Part shown: piece after piece, positions 18,428 to 27,977 of the stretch
Layout of the letters: each line of letters begins with the position of its first letter
How positions within the stretch are numbered: position 1 is the stretch's first letter
Sequence record: PV261924.1
Length of the DNA stretch: 64,000 nucleotides
Reading direction: 5' to 3' (one strand)
Position numbers and translations under genes: made by a program
Notes under the pieces: generated by a model
Database searches by the model: none
The model's input: only the letters and a program-made list of their open reading frames with translations
Told to the model about the DNA's origin: nothing

Positions 18428-19058
18428 ACTCAATCAGAACTTCACCAGCGTTAGAACCAGTAGACTGCAGTGAGTTGCCGATAGTGAAATACTGAATATC
18501 GAATTCAACATCGAAAGTTTCGAGTTGATCACCGTCGTCATAGCTCAGTGCAATCTCACTAATTCTGGTTGGGAAGATGTCATAGAACTTATAAGTTCTC
18601 AGGACTGCTGAATTACCACCTTCATTAGTGGTGGCAAATCTCTCAGCACCTCTACCCAGTTGAGTGACATATGCATCAGTCATATAAGATGATGGGTTGG
18701 TAACACCAGTTGCATCATCCAGTTTACTGATGGTATTTGCCCATCTTTCAAACGCAGTTCTGAGTTGGAAGTCCTCATCATTGATGATTGTAACTGTCCA
18801 GGCATCAAACGTTCTGTCACCAGCAACCTTCAGATTTCTACCTCTGAAAGGAACTTGGAAAGAGCTGGTGTTTGAAGCAGGAAGTTGTGCAGCCTTACAA
18901 AGGAACTTGAAGGTTCCATTTTCTGACTGATCACCACTACCCCATGCATCAGCAATTGCTGATGGGAAGGTAGGAATCGAGACTTCGAATAGGTTGGGGC
19001 GGGCCCCTCCGCCCGCCAGTCTTGATTTAAATTGTGATAGGGTTTTTGTTTCTGCCAT
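18426..19058 (-). CDS. g19: Tail tube protein gp19
   Basis: GGGARPNLFEV, FLCKAAQLP, VAGDRTFDAWTVTIIND. Confidence 0.97.
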   Translation of the reverse strand: MAETKTLSQFKSRLAGGGARPNLFEVSIPTFPSAIADAWGSGDQSENGTFKFLCKAAQLPASNTSSFQVPFRGRNLKVAGDRTFDAWTVTIINDEDFQLRTAFERWANTISKLDDATGVTNPSSYMTDAYVTQLGRGAERFATTNEGGNSAVLRTYKFYDIFPTRISEIALSYDDGDQLETFDVEFDIQYFTIGNSLQSTGSNAGEVLIE

Positions 19059-19077
19059 TGGTAAATCCTCCTTTTAT

Positions 19078-19085
19078 TATTTACT
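19078..19085 (-). promoter_or_regulatory. T4-type late promoter (g19)
   Basis: AGTAAATA followed by SD AAGGAGG. Confidence 0.65.
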
Positions 19086-19089
19086 ATAA

Positions 19090-21519
19090 TCAAACAGTCC
19101 CTACAACTTCCTGGAAGTCAACACCAGTTCTGGTGGCAACGAATGTCAGGGTGATGTAGTTGATGGACTTGGTTGGCTTCAGGAAGATGTCAGCTCTGAA
19201 CTCATTGTTATCAATGATGTCAGGTGTGTTGTTTGTTTCGTCACAAACTACGAGGAAGTCATACAGACCTCTCTTCGCCTGAACATCTCTAAGGTATGGT
19301 TCAACAATGTTCACGAAATTAGCTCTCGTGTTGTCATCATTGAGTTCAAAGAGTTGTGAGTTAGCAGCACCCTCAAGTGCTTGTTCTACTGTAAGGAACA
19401 ATCTTCTTACGTTGATTCTGTCGAACGCAGATGAGTAAGCCAGAGCTGTCTTATCACCAAAGAGAACAATACCAGAACCCCTCTGAGAAATGATGGAGTT
19501 GATTCTTGCTCCGTAGAGCTCATCTCTTTGATTCTTCGATGGGTTATATGCCATCTTGACTGCGTTATTCAGGTTTCCTCTCTGGAGACCAGCAGGTGAG
19601 AACCATGGATAAGCTTCAATAGAAGTTCTGACACAAAGACCAGCAACGTCACCGTTAGTTGGGATGTAACGGAATTGGTTGTTGAATCTGTCGAAGGTGT
19701 ACTTATAACCTGTGTCGAAGATCGCGTAAGACGAAGATGACAATGGGCTATAGAACTGAAGTACGTTCTGTGTTTGAGTAGCAGAGCTGGTTACATTAAC
19801 AACGTTATCTCTGTGTGGGGAGATAGTTGCAATACAATCCTTTCTACCTTCTGCAAGAGAAATCAGATAGTTAGCTTTTGCTTGTGACTGACTTTCGACT
19901 GCAAGACCTGGACCCATGAGGAGGTAGTCAACGGCAATCTCATCCTTATCAGCAAACAGTTGGTAACCATTTACCAAGTCAGAAAGGTCAGCACTCATAC
20001 CCTTGTTAGCACTGTAGTCAACACCACCCAAGAGTGTGTAACTTACATTACCGATAGAGGAGAACTTAGTAGCTAAAGCTTCCTGACCCCAGAGACCTTC
20101 GGATACGGTATATGGAGTGAAGTTAGTAGAGAACCCAGATGCAGTTGGAAGTGTATTCCAATAAGTATCTTCAGCTTGTGATGGGTTATAACCAGCAAAG
20201 ATGAAGTTGGAGTTCAGTGCGATGTAATCCTTATAGTAGGTCTTAGTTGGATTGTCGCCATCCGCGACTGCGTCTTGTGCTTTAGACAGAGATGTGAAGG
20301 TCTCAAGGATGTTACCCTGAACACCAGTTACGTCTCCAGTGTCATCAACAACAACGACGTGAATACCATCATTCTTACCACCTCTAGAGGTGACATACTG
20401 GTTATCAACAGGTCTCTCTGCAACGTTTCTCCAGTAAACTGTTGAGTTGGTAAGACCCAGTGTCTGTTCACCGTACCAATCCTTAACTGCGCCAGCGGTA
20501 ACTGTACCACTTGCCGTTCCCGAATTGTTGGTAACATTAAGAATGTCAGCTTCAACGAATGATGCTGCTTGGTTGTACTGTTGATAAGTAACAGGAGTAA
20601 CTGTACCAGCGGTAGAAACCAGGTTCTGGAAGGTAACTGCTGTACCTACAGTTGGGAGTGAAGCTGCAATACCAGCAGACAATGTGACTGAAGTGTCAGC
20701 AACGAAACCAGTAATTTTGATTGAACCACTACCAGGAGCCAAGAAATAATTGCCAGTTGTAATACCTGATGTGCTGTTTACACTAACGATTGTAGTACCA
20801 GCAGCTCCAGTTGCAGAAGTAGTTGTAACACCGATAGTCAGATAATCTTCGGAGGTTGGGAATACTCTCTCAAGAACTCTAACTTCGATTGTGCTGTTAC
20901 CGTTCTGTGCGTCAGTGTTAACACCTGTGATGATACCCTTGAGGTGACCAGAGAAAGAATTAACTGCACCAGCTTCAGGGATTGATATGCTGTTTCTAGC
21001 AGCAGATACACCGTAACCAACAACCAGGTTTGATGCACCAGGGTTAGTAGTAGCAACACTGACGATTTGGTCAGACTTGTTATCGATGGTACAAACCTTC
21101 AGGCTGTTAGCCCATGTACCAGGGTTTCTTGATGCCCAGTAGTAACTTGTGTCACTTCTATGATTGAGTTCATAGTCATCAACGTTTTCGATAATAAGAC
21201 CAGTTGTTGATGCTGCACCAACACCTGCATTACCGTTGTTCAGACTTGTGCCAGATACTCTGACAACTTTGAGGATTCCACCATAAGAGAGGAATGAATT
21301 ACCTGTCATCCAGTACTCATACTGTCTGTCAGTGCCAATTGGCTGACCAAAAGTATCCAGGAATTGTTGTTGTGTCTCAATGGTAATTGGTTCGTTTACA
21401 GGTCCGATTGGGAATGGACCAGCAATTGCACCAATGTTGTCAAGAACGTTCTCAGCTCTTCCAACAGTTAAGTCAACTTCCCTGACTAATACTCCTGGAG
21501 ATAATTGAGGAGTAGCCAT
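19090..21519 (-). CDS. g18: Tail sheath protein gp18
   Basis: LSPGVLVREVDLT, PWFSPAG..RG, FDRINVRRLF, FLKPTKSINYITLTF. Confidence 0.98.
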   Translation of the reverse strand: MATPQLSPGVLVREVDLTVGRAENVLDNIGAIAGPFPIGPVNEPITIETQQQFLDTFGQPIGTDRQYEYWMTGNSFLSYGGILKVVRVSGTSLNNGNAGVGAASTTGLIIENVDDYELNHRSDTSYYWASRNPGTWANSLKVCTIDNKSDQIVSVATTNPGASNLVVGYGVSAARNSISIPEAGAVNSFSGHLKGIITGVNTDAQNGNSTIEVRVLERVFPTSEDYLTIGVTTTSATGAAGTTIVSVNSTSGITTGNYFLAPGSGSIKITGFVADTSVTLSAGIAASLPTVGTAVTFQNLVSTAGTVTPVTYQQYNQAASFVEADILNVTNNSGTASGTVTAGAVKDWYGEQTLGLTNSTVYWRNVAERPVDNQYVTSRGGKNDGIHVVVVDDTGDVTGVQGNILETFTSLSKAQDAVADGDNPTKTYYKDYIALNSNFIFAGYNPSQAEDTYWNTLPTASGFSTNFTPYTVSEGLWGQEALATKFSSIGNVSYTLLGGVDYSANKGMSADLSDLVNGYQLFADKDEIAVDYLLMGPGLAVESQSQAKANYLISLAEGRKDCIATISPHRDNVVNVTSSATQTQNVLQFYSPLSSSSYAIFDTGYKYTFDRFNNQFRYIPTNGDVAGLCVRTSIEAYPWFSPAGLQRGNLNNAVKMAYNPSKNQRDELYGARINSIISQRGSGIVLFGDKTALAYSSAFDRINVRRLFLTVEQALEGAANSQLFELNDDNTRANFVNIVEPYLRDVQAKRGLYDFLVVCDETNNTPDIIDNNEFRADIFLKPTKSINYITLTFVATRTGVDFQEVVGTV

Positions 21520-21556
21520 GTTTTCTCTCTCCTATGGGTCTCAGTTTAACTACTAA

Positions 21557-21564
21557 TATTTAGA
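21557..21564 (-). promoter_or_regulatory. T4-type late promoter (g18)
   Basis: TCTAAATA. Confidence 0.7.
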
Positions 21565-21600
21565 AATTTGACTGTTTTGAGAGGGTAAACATGACGTAAA

Positions 21601-21831
21601 CTACCAATCTGGATATTCCCACCGAGACTTTGGACACTTATCCTTCTTTCTCTCTTTGACACCTTCAATAAAACACTCTTTACAGATATAAGAATACGAC
21701 GATGGGACTGCTCCTCTATCCTTCCTTGTTCTATAAAAACCATCCACAAGGTTCTTGACTTCGCCACAACTCTTACACTTTCTATCAGTCAGAAAGAGAT
21801 GATTGAGTTCTAGTTGTTCGTCAAGGTTCAT
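21601..21831 (-). CDS. Small zinc-ribbon protein
   Basis: CKSC...CKEC; TAATG-coupled to g17. Confidence 0.75.
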   Translation of the reverse strand: MNLDEQLELNHLFLTDRKCKSCGEVKNLVDGFYRTRKDRGAVPSSYSYICKECFIEGVKERKKDKCPKSRWEYPDW

Positions 21832-23498
21832 TAGTAATTAGTCCAAAGTGTCCATCCACCAGCATTGGTACCATACTCATCATATGGACTTGCTGTAGAC
21901 CACCTATCACCATCTGTGTCAACGAAAGACCCTTCATCGAGACCATCATTCATAAAACCAAATGGTGCCATGTCTTGTTCAATCTGGTTCTTCTGTTCTT
22001 CATATAATCTCTTTCTAACATCCTGGTCAGTCAACTCTTTGAAGTAGTCCTGAGCAACTAACCATGCATAGATAACCAGACACATTGCAAGGTCATCATT
22101 ACAACCTTCTTCTGCCTCGAATGAGTTTCCTTTAGAGATAAAGGTTGTCAGTTCTGAGATAATCTCATAGTCATTGAATATGAGTTTATTCTCCTCAATC
22201 ATTGTCTTGAGGTTAAGTGCACCAACCTTTTTGACAGTCTTTGACATCTTGACACCAAGTTGGGTTTTTGTACCAGAGAAACCCTGACCAACAACCTGAC
22301 CTGCTCTACCTCTCATTGCACACATGAGTAAGTTCTGATATTCTAAGTCGTACTGAAGAATTGACGCAATCTGGTCTCCGATATCATTGACCTCACAGAG
22401 AATGAATGCATTGTTATATGACTTTGCAATCTCCCAAATAATGTTGGGAAACAACATCGGTTTGATGGTATTATTACGATACTTTGCTACTATCTTATGG
22501 GGAAAAGTTGTGATATCAGCGACGATAAATGCAGAGTAGTCTTCTCCAACACCTCTAGCGACATCAACAGTAACCACATAGTCATGGTCTGATTTTGGTT
22601 CTTCATGGACATCTAATCCAGCACTCTGTTTGATTGGGTTATCGTATACAAGAGTTTTCAGTTTACTGGGTGCAATCAGTGTATCGACAGAACCAAGGAA
22701 CTCACACTCAAACTCAATTTTGAATTGTTGTTCAGACGTGTTCTTAATAGTCTGTTCTTTCCAGACTTCGTCCCTTCCAGGGACTTCAGACCAATGAACG
22801 TCTGTTGGTATATATTCATTCTTACCTTTTTCGGCATCATGCCACATACGGTAGAAATGATTCATACCGTGTGGGGTAGAGACGATAATTACTTTCGTTG
22901 ATTTACCAGAAGTAATAGTAGGATAAACAGAGGCAAAGAAGGCATCTGCAATATGGTTTGGAACGAACGCAAATTCGTCGAGGAAGAGAATGTTAAACGA
23001 CATGCCTCGGACAGCACTTGCAGACGTAGAAGCAGCCAGTATCTTTGAGCCATTTTCTAATTCAATGTTACCTTTGTTCCATACAAGAATACCTTGTTGC
23101 ATCCATTTAGGAAGGTTCTCATATGCTGTTGCTAGTCTACCTAACAATTCACGAGCTGTCGTGGCTTTGTTTGCTAGGATACCAATATTAACACTATCGT
23201 TGAAAATAGCATAATGTAAAAGATAAGATACACAAGTAGTGGACTTACCTGTCTGTCGTGGCATTTTACAGATGTTAAATCTGTTGTTGTGGAAGTTGTT
23301 GATAAGTTTTTCTTGGAATTCATAAGTCTTAAATGGTTGAAGACCATGGTCCAAGGTCACAATCTGTACATAGTTTTGTGCAAAGTAAACTGGGTCTTCC
23401 TTACACTTAATGTATTCCTCAATCTGTTCTTTAGTAAACTCAATTGGGGTATTCGCCTTCTTGAGAAGAGGATTACCCAAATATACATCATTACTCAT
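21831..23498 (-). CDS. g17: Terminase large subunit gp17
   Basis: PRQTGKST, LFLDEFAF, STPHG, VDVARG, NDDLAM. Confidence 0.98.
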   Translation of the reverse strand: MSNDVYLGNPLLKKANTPIEFTKEQIEEYIKCKEDPVYFAQNYVQIVTLDHGLQPFKTYEFQEKLINNFHNNRFNICKMPRQTGKSTTCVSYLLHYAIFNDSVNIGILANKATTARELLGRLATAYENLPKWMQQGILVWNKGNIELENGSKILAASTSASAVRGMSFNILFLDEFAFVPNHIADAFFASVYPTITSGKSTKVIIVSTPHGMNHFYRMWHDAEKGKNEYIPTDVHWSEVPGRDEVWKEQTIKNTSEQQFKIEFECEFLGSVDTLIAPSKLKTLVYDNPIKQSAGLDVHEEPKSDHDYVVTVDVARGVGEDYSAFIVADITTFPHKIVAKYRNNTIKPMLFPNIIWEIAKSYNNAFILCEVNDIGDQIASILQYDLEYQNLLMCAMRGRAGQVVGQGFSGTKTQLGVKMSKTVKKVGALNLKTMIEENKLIFNDYEIISELTTFISKGNSFEAEEGCNDDLAMCLVIYAWLVAQDYFKELTDQDVRKRLYEEQKNQIEQDMAPFGFMNDGLDEGSFVDTDGDRWSTASPYDEYGTNAGGWTLWTNY

Positions 23499-23504
23499 AA
23501 AAAA

Positions 23505-25064
23505 TCAATCCTCAATAAAAGTAACAGCACATTCTGCCCTTTGTAGGTTAGAATCAGAAGAAATTGCCATTGTAAGTGTTCTTTGTGGTGGTAAAACAAT
23601 TCTTAGTGACTCAAGATCAATTGTTTCTGGAGCACCGTTTGTGACACAAAATACTGCTATTGGTTCTCCACCAATAATTTGAGCATCAGATCTTGAATAT
23701 GATGATGCATTTCCAAGAGGTTCATAATCAAGAGGATTGTCAGTTGGAGCATCAAGATATAAGTATAGAAAACAAGGTGCTGTTGATGATGCTGTTGTTA
23801 GAGCACTTACTTTTTTGATTAAGAGTTCTCTCTGATTAATTTTATTATTGTCAATCAAACCACTCTTTAAACTTAAAAGATGGTATTTTATGTTAGTGGT
23901 ATTCATTCCACCAGTCTTTGATCTAAAGGCAGCGATTGGATTAGTTGTTGTATTCACAAGACCTTCAATCGCACCCATCATAGATGCGCCAGATACTGTT
24001 ACACCAGTACCAGTATTGCCATCTAATTCAGCAGCTACATAACCAATTTTGAGTGATGGATTATCTAAGTGGACATTATTATTTTGGTTAGTATAATGAA
24101 TATGATGGACAGGCATAATATCGCCAGTTTGTTGATTCTCAACAGCTAGTCTTATTTCACCAACACCCAACCAACGATAATTAATTTGATATACATTTAA
24201 CTTTGTTGGATCTATTTTCATATTAGATGGATTTGTACTTCCACCAACACCAGTTAAAGTATCGTGATTCCAATCTTCTTGGTATGTCCATTCATTTGTT
24301 TGATTTACTCCTACCTGAGAGGTTGATCCTGTTGCTACAAGATCACCATCACTTACGATTGAAAATGTTCCTGATAATGGACCAACAGTTGTAGATAAGA
24401 AATCTAGATATCCATTTTTACGATCAACTATCCATCCATTATATGTGTGTGTTCCAATACCAGTTGCATTTTGAGTTGATGTTCCTGCACCAATACTAAC
24501 AGTGGTTGCAATTCCAGCAAGTGTTACTGTAATATTTTCTGTACCACTCGCTGGTGTTGTGATGAGAAATCTGTGAATATGTGCCTTACCACCATTCGCT
24601 CTTAAAAAACCAAACTTTCCTTCAGTGCTGTATCCGACCTGAAGTGCTTGTTCTTGAGAGAAGAAACCTGCTCTTTGTGTATACCCTGTTGCAATACCAG
24701 AAAACTGTGCTGTAAATCTTCCAAGAGCACCTTGTCCTGGACGATATCTTACTGCTCTTTTAGAACGAATAACACCATACCCATAAGCACCAGTTCCACT
24801 TTCAACTTGCATGAGAGTTGAAGAAGTGGTTATACCAGTCCCATTTGTAAATAATTCAAACCTATCTGAGTTTAAACCATATATGGCATCAAGTTGAAAT
24901 ATTGGATAAATTTGAGAGACAATTTGTTCTCCAAATGCACCACTTCCACTTGCAGTTCCACCACAGTTATCAATGTTGCCGTATCTGTCGGCACACATGT
25001 ATACTTCAAATAAACTTCTTTCTTGGTTTAGATAATCTTGATTAATCTTATTCCACTGAGCCAT
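23505..25064 (-). CDS. Hypothetical, probably virion-associated beta-rich protein (519 aa)
   Basis: Long ORF in the late island; Thr/Gly-rich beta-strand pattern. Confidence 0.7.
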   Translation of the reverse strand: MAQWNKINQDYLNQERSLFEVYMCADRYGNIDNCGGTASGSGAFGEQIVSQIYPIFQLDAIYGLNSDRFELFTNGTGITTSSTLMQVESGTGAYGYGVIRSKRAVRYRPGQGALGRFTAQFSGIATGYTQRAGFFSQEQALQVGYSTEGKFGFLRANGGKAHIHRFLITTPASGTENITVTLAGIATTVSIGAGTSTQNATGIGTHTYNGWIVDRKNGYLDFLSTTVGPLSGTFSIVSDGDLVATGSTSQVGVNQTNEWTYQEDWNHDTLTGVGGSTNPSNMKIDPTKLNVYQINYRWLGVGEIRLAVENQQTGDIMPVHHIHYTNQNNNVHLDNPSLKIGYVAAELDGNTGTGVTVSGASMMGAIEGLVNTTTNPIAAFRSKTGGMNTTNIKYHLLSLKSGLIDNNKINQRELLIKKVSALTTASSTAPCFLYLYLDAPTDNPLDYEPLGNASSYSRSDAQIIGGEPIAVFCVTNGAPETIDLESLRIVLPPQRTLTMAISSDSNLQRAECAVTFIED

Positions 25065-25067
25065 AAT

Positions 25068-25385
25068 TTATACCCAATCTAATTTTGCTGGATGATACCT
25101 TTTATCGTCTTTAATCTTTATTGATTTATCAGAGTTTTCTCTCACATAAATCTGTTGAACAATTGCACCAGGATACTCATCTTGAAGAAACTCTGCAAGT
25201 TGATTTCTTGATGGAATACCATTTTCAGTAACCATAGAAATTCTATGAATACTACCTTGATACATTACATCTGCAGAAAACTCTTCACCTACACTTTGAG
25301 TGTTTGAATCGGAACCATTTACGATAAGTGTGTCAACATGTTGAATATTGACACTTTCTTGAAGAAAATCTTGAAAACTTTTCAT
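25068..25385 (-). CDS. Hypothetical protein with MKSFQDFLQE N-terminus (possible head-targeting/cleavage signal)
   Basis: N-terminal F..FLQE pattern resembling T4-type capsid-targeted proteins. Confidence 0.65.
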   Translation of the reverse strand: MKSFQDFLQESVNIQHVDTLIVNGSDSNTQSVGEEFSADVMYQGSIHRISMVTENGIPSRNQLAEFLQDEYPGAIVQQIYVRENSDKSIKIKDDKRYHPAKLDWV

Positions 25386-25386
25386 A

Positions 25387-26670
25387 TCAACAGTTCCATG
25401 CTCTAAGGGACTTATTGATTCTGCTATCGGGATCGTTAGCAGTTTTGGAAGAAGTCAATTTCTTCTTCATACCTTTCATTCTTGCACAGAAAGATGCTCT
25501 TCTCTTATTACCAACTTTCTTTGATGGTGCTTTTAAATCAGAGCCAGGGTTATCTCTCTCGTAGGACTTACGACCCTTCTCATTTAATCCTCCCTCTTTG
25601 TTTTGTCCCTCTTTACGAGTCCAGGCTGCTCCTTCCGAGACTTCCATAGAACCATCATCATTAGTGCTTACTTCTTTAGCATTCTCATCCCAGTAGGAAC
25701 CACCATATGTACAGTCAGATCTAGTTTCCAACTTCTTACACTTTGGACAATACTTTAACTCACTCCCTTCTTTTACACCAACATTCAGAACTGCATCTGT
25801 AGGTTGGAATGTTGTAAGGTCAAATCTTTGAACCATACAACCTGGATAGACTTTTGCAAGTGCATCCTGAACTTCATTTCTTGATGGTTTCTTCACTTCA
25901 GGGAAGAAGAGCTTCATCATCATATACTTACCTCTCCAGGTAAATGCTACAGCATAAACATTGCCAGTCTGTGCTGGAACTCTGGTTGACTCCTCAATGG
26001 CATCTTTGAGTGGAAGTTCACCTTTGAGTTTTGCAATAACTTGTTCTCTCACACTTCCCTTTGGTACACAGTTAGGGACCATACGGTTACCCTTTTTCTT
26101 CATACCTCTTTGTTCGTGGGTTTTCCAACAAGCTTCATCAACAACTTCTACTTCAATACCATTCTTTCTCATGGCATCGATTTGGAGTTCTGTGAACTCA
26201 GGGAGTGCCAAGAACTCTTCTTTCTTGGTTGAACTACCCCAGTTTTTAGCACCCTTCTTGCGACACTTTACCAATGCCCCAGAAGCATATGCAGAAGGCC
26301 ATACGGAATAACGTGACTTGACCTTATGGTAACAAGCATCTTTCTTGCCCGAACCCTTACCCTTCTTATCCTCTTCGTTAAAGGTTTCTTCTTTCATTTT
26401 CTTCTTAGGTTTGTCGGTTGAAACGTAAGTTGGTTTTGCAGCACCACTCTTTTGTTGTTGATTGGGGTCTGCAGCCTTCTTTCTTCTTTGAGCAGATTTT
26501 CTTTCTGCAGGAGTCATACTCGCTCTTTTAGATGAAGAAACACACTTTGGTGTACCCTCACCAGGTTCATCACTTGCACAGGTACCACCTGTCACAACAT
26601 TAACCCAACCACTTTTACCATCTTTAGATTTGGATCCTTTGAACCACTTGTGGAGATTACCTTCCTGCAT
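25387..26670 (-). CDS. Modular basic, Cys-paired protein; last module resembles DUF6321 (from recall)
   Basis: ATG at 26670 (the track's 26679 is TTG); late promoter upstream; AWTRKEG..GGLNEKGRKSY..SFCARM. Confidence 0.8.
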   Translation of the reverse strand: MQEGNLHKWFKGSKSKDGKSGWVNVVTGGTCASDEPGEGTPKCVSSSKRASMTPAERKSAQRRKKAADPNQQQKSGAAKPTYVSTDKPKKKMKEETFNEEDKKGKGSGKKDACYHKVKSRYSVWPSAYASGALVKCRKKGAKNWGSSTKKEEFLALPEFTELQIDAMRKNGIEVEVVDEACWKTHEQRGMKKKGNRMVPNCVPKGSVREQVIAKLKGELPLKDAIEESTRVPAQTGNVYAVAFTWRGKYMMMKLFFPEVKKPSRNEVQDALAKVYPGCMVQRFDLTTFQPTDAVLNVGVKEGSELKYCPKCKKLETRSDCTYGGSYWDENAKEVSTNDDGSMEVSEGAAWTRKEGQNKEGGLNEKGRKSYERDNPGSDLKAPSKKVGNKRRASFCARMKGMKKKLTSSKTANDPDSRINKSLRAWNC

Positions 26671-26689
26671 TTTGATCAAAGATTTTAAT

Positions 26690-26697
26690 TATTTATC
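26690..26697 (-). promoter_or_regulatory. T4-type late promoter
   Basis: GATAAATA. Confidence 0.7.
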
Positions 26698-27643
26698 AGA
26701 TACCGATTGATGTATAGGTATTCAGTTCGAATGCTAATGATTTCCATTCAGAACCAAGATACATCTGTACTTTGTTCTCGGTCGTATTAAAAATCAATGC
26801 ACCTTGAGTTACAGTTAATGCATCTCTCTCGGACGTTGTTAGTGTTGGTGGATAGAACTGTGAAGATGCAGTAATGATTCCTGAGACAGTGGTGTTTGAT
26901 GACACATTTTCAGTACCACCTGCACCAGCAGAAATACCAGTTAAATTAGAACCATCACCATAATATGTGTCTGCATATACATTTGCAAACCTAGTACTAT
27001 TTGTTCCTATATCTACAGTACTATCAGAATTTGCTAAGATATTTCCAGTAAATGTTGAACTTCCATTTACTGTAAGACTTGTACCATTTAAGAGTTGAAG
27101 ACTATCACTTCTGAATCTTGCAGAAATATTTTGTGACCCACCTTTAATGTGAGCAAATTCAATGATACCATCTTCGGTTCCATTACTGGCATCTAAGATC
27201 TTACCAGTAATCTTAGCGTAATTTCTTTCTACACCAGTATCACTTTCACCAGCAAACTTAATCTGTCCCAGATAATCTCCATCATCTGGGGAAGCACTAT
27301 TCCTATAAAGTTTGAATTCTGGTGCAGCGGAGCTTCCTGTGTCTGTAGAGACAATAGTAACGTTGGATGTTATGTTACCATTAAAATTTACGTTGTTATT
27401 AAACGTTGTGATGCCAGATATGTTTATTCTTCCATCATAACTGATACCAGTTGCACCATAATTTTCAACCCATGGGTTGACGACAGATACTGTGGTTCCA
27501 ATACCAATACCACCAGTATCGACTTTTAAAAATAATTTACCATCATAAGTATTAAGTGCTAATTCACCCGTCTCCAGATTCGAGAGTGCAGGAATCTTTC
27601 CCGCTACAGATGAGCGCTTAAACTTTACCTTTGGAGCCGCCAT
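26696..27643 (-). CDS. Fibre-like structural protein with Mtd_N-like N-terminal anchor
   Basis: KFKRS....P....ETGELALNTYDGKLF; YGDGSNLTG; C-terminal LTTSERDAL..GALIFNTT. Confidence 0.7.
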   Translation of the reverse strand: MAAPKVKFKRSSVAGKIPALSNLETGELALNTYDGKLFLKVDTGGIGIGTTVSVVNPWVENYGATGISYDGRINISGITTFNNNVNFNGNITSNVTIVSTDTGSSAAPEFKLYRNSASPDDGDYLGQIKFAGESDTGVERNYAKITGKILDASNGTEDGIIEFAHIKGGSQNISARFRSDSLQLLNGTSLTVNGSSTFTGNILANSDSTVDIGTNSTRFANVYADTYYGDGSNLTGISAGAGGTENVSSNTTVSGIITASSQFYPPTLTTSERDALTVTQGALIFNTTENKVQMYLGSEWKSLAFELNTYTSIGI

Positions 27644-27689
27644 TATAACACCTGGTATATACCGTAAAACACTTATATAAGTGTATTAA

Positions 27690-27697
27690 TATTTATT
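27690..27697 (-). promoter_or_regulatory. T4-type late promoter
   Basis: AATAAATA. Confidence 0.7.
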
Positions 27698-27929
27698 CGA
27701 ACGTTCCACCGTCACCCGCGGTCTTCTTTGTTCTAGTTGTCTTGGGTTTTTGGTCCACAGACTTTAAAGATTCTATCTGTGCTTCTTGTTCCCTCACCTT
27801 TGTTGTCAACGCTTCAACCAAATCAGTCAACTGTCTAATTTTTGCATTAGTTGCAATTGATTGAGTGAACAAATCATTAGAAGTAGTTTGATATGATGAG
27901 ATCAAATACTTTATATCATTTTCATTCAT
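27693..27929 (-). CDS. Small coiled-coil hypothetical protein (78 aa)
   Basis: Heptad pattern; ends GDGGTFE. Confidence 0.7.
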   Translation of the reverse strand: MNENDIKYLISSYQTTSNDLFTQSIATNAKIRQLTDLVEALTTKVREQEAQIESLKSVDQKPKTTRTKKTAGDGGTFE

Positions 27930-27930
27930 A

Positions 27931-27955
27931 GAAAAAGAGGGTATTGCTACCCTCT
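27931..27955 (-). terminator. Intrinsic terminator after the 589-aa fibre gene
   Basis: AGAGGGTA-GCAA-TACCCTCT-TTTTC. Confidence 0.8.
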
Positions 27956-27963
27956 TATTTATT
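27956..27963 (-). promoter_or_regulatory. T4-type late promoter abutting the terminator stem
   Basis: AATAAATA. Confidence 0.7.
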
Positions 27964-27977
27964 TTGTTATCTTAGGT

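Noticed and set aside
26696-27643. Diversity-generating retroelement suggested by the Mtd_N-like N-terminus
   Set aside because: No reverse transcriptase and no template/variable repeat pair differing at adenines is visible in the window.
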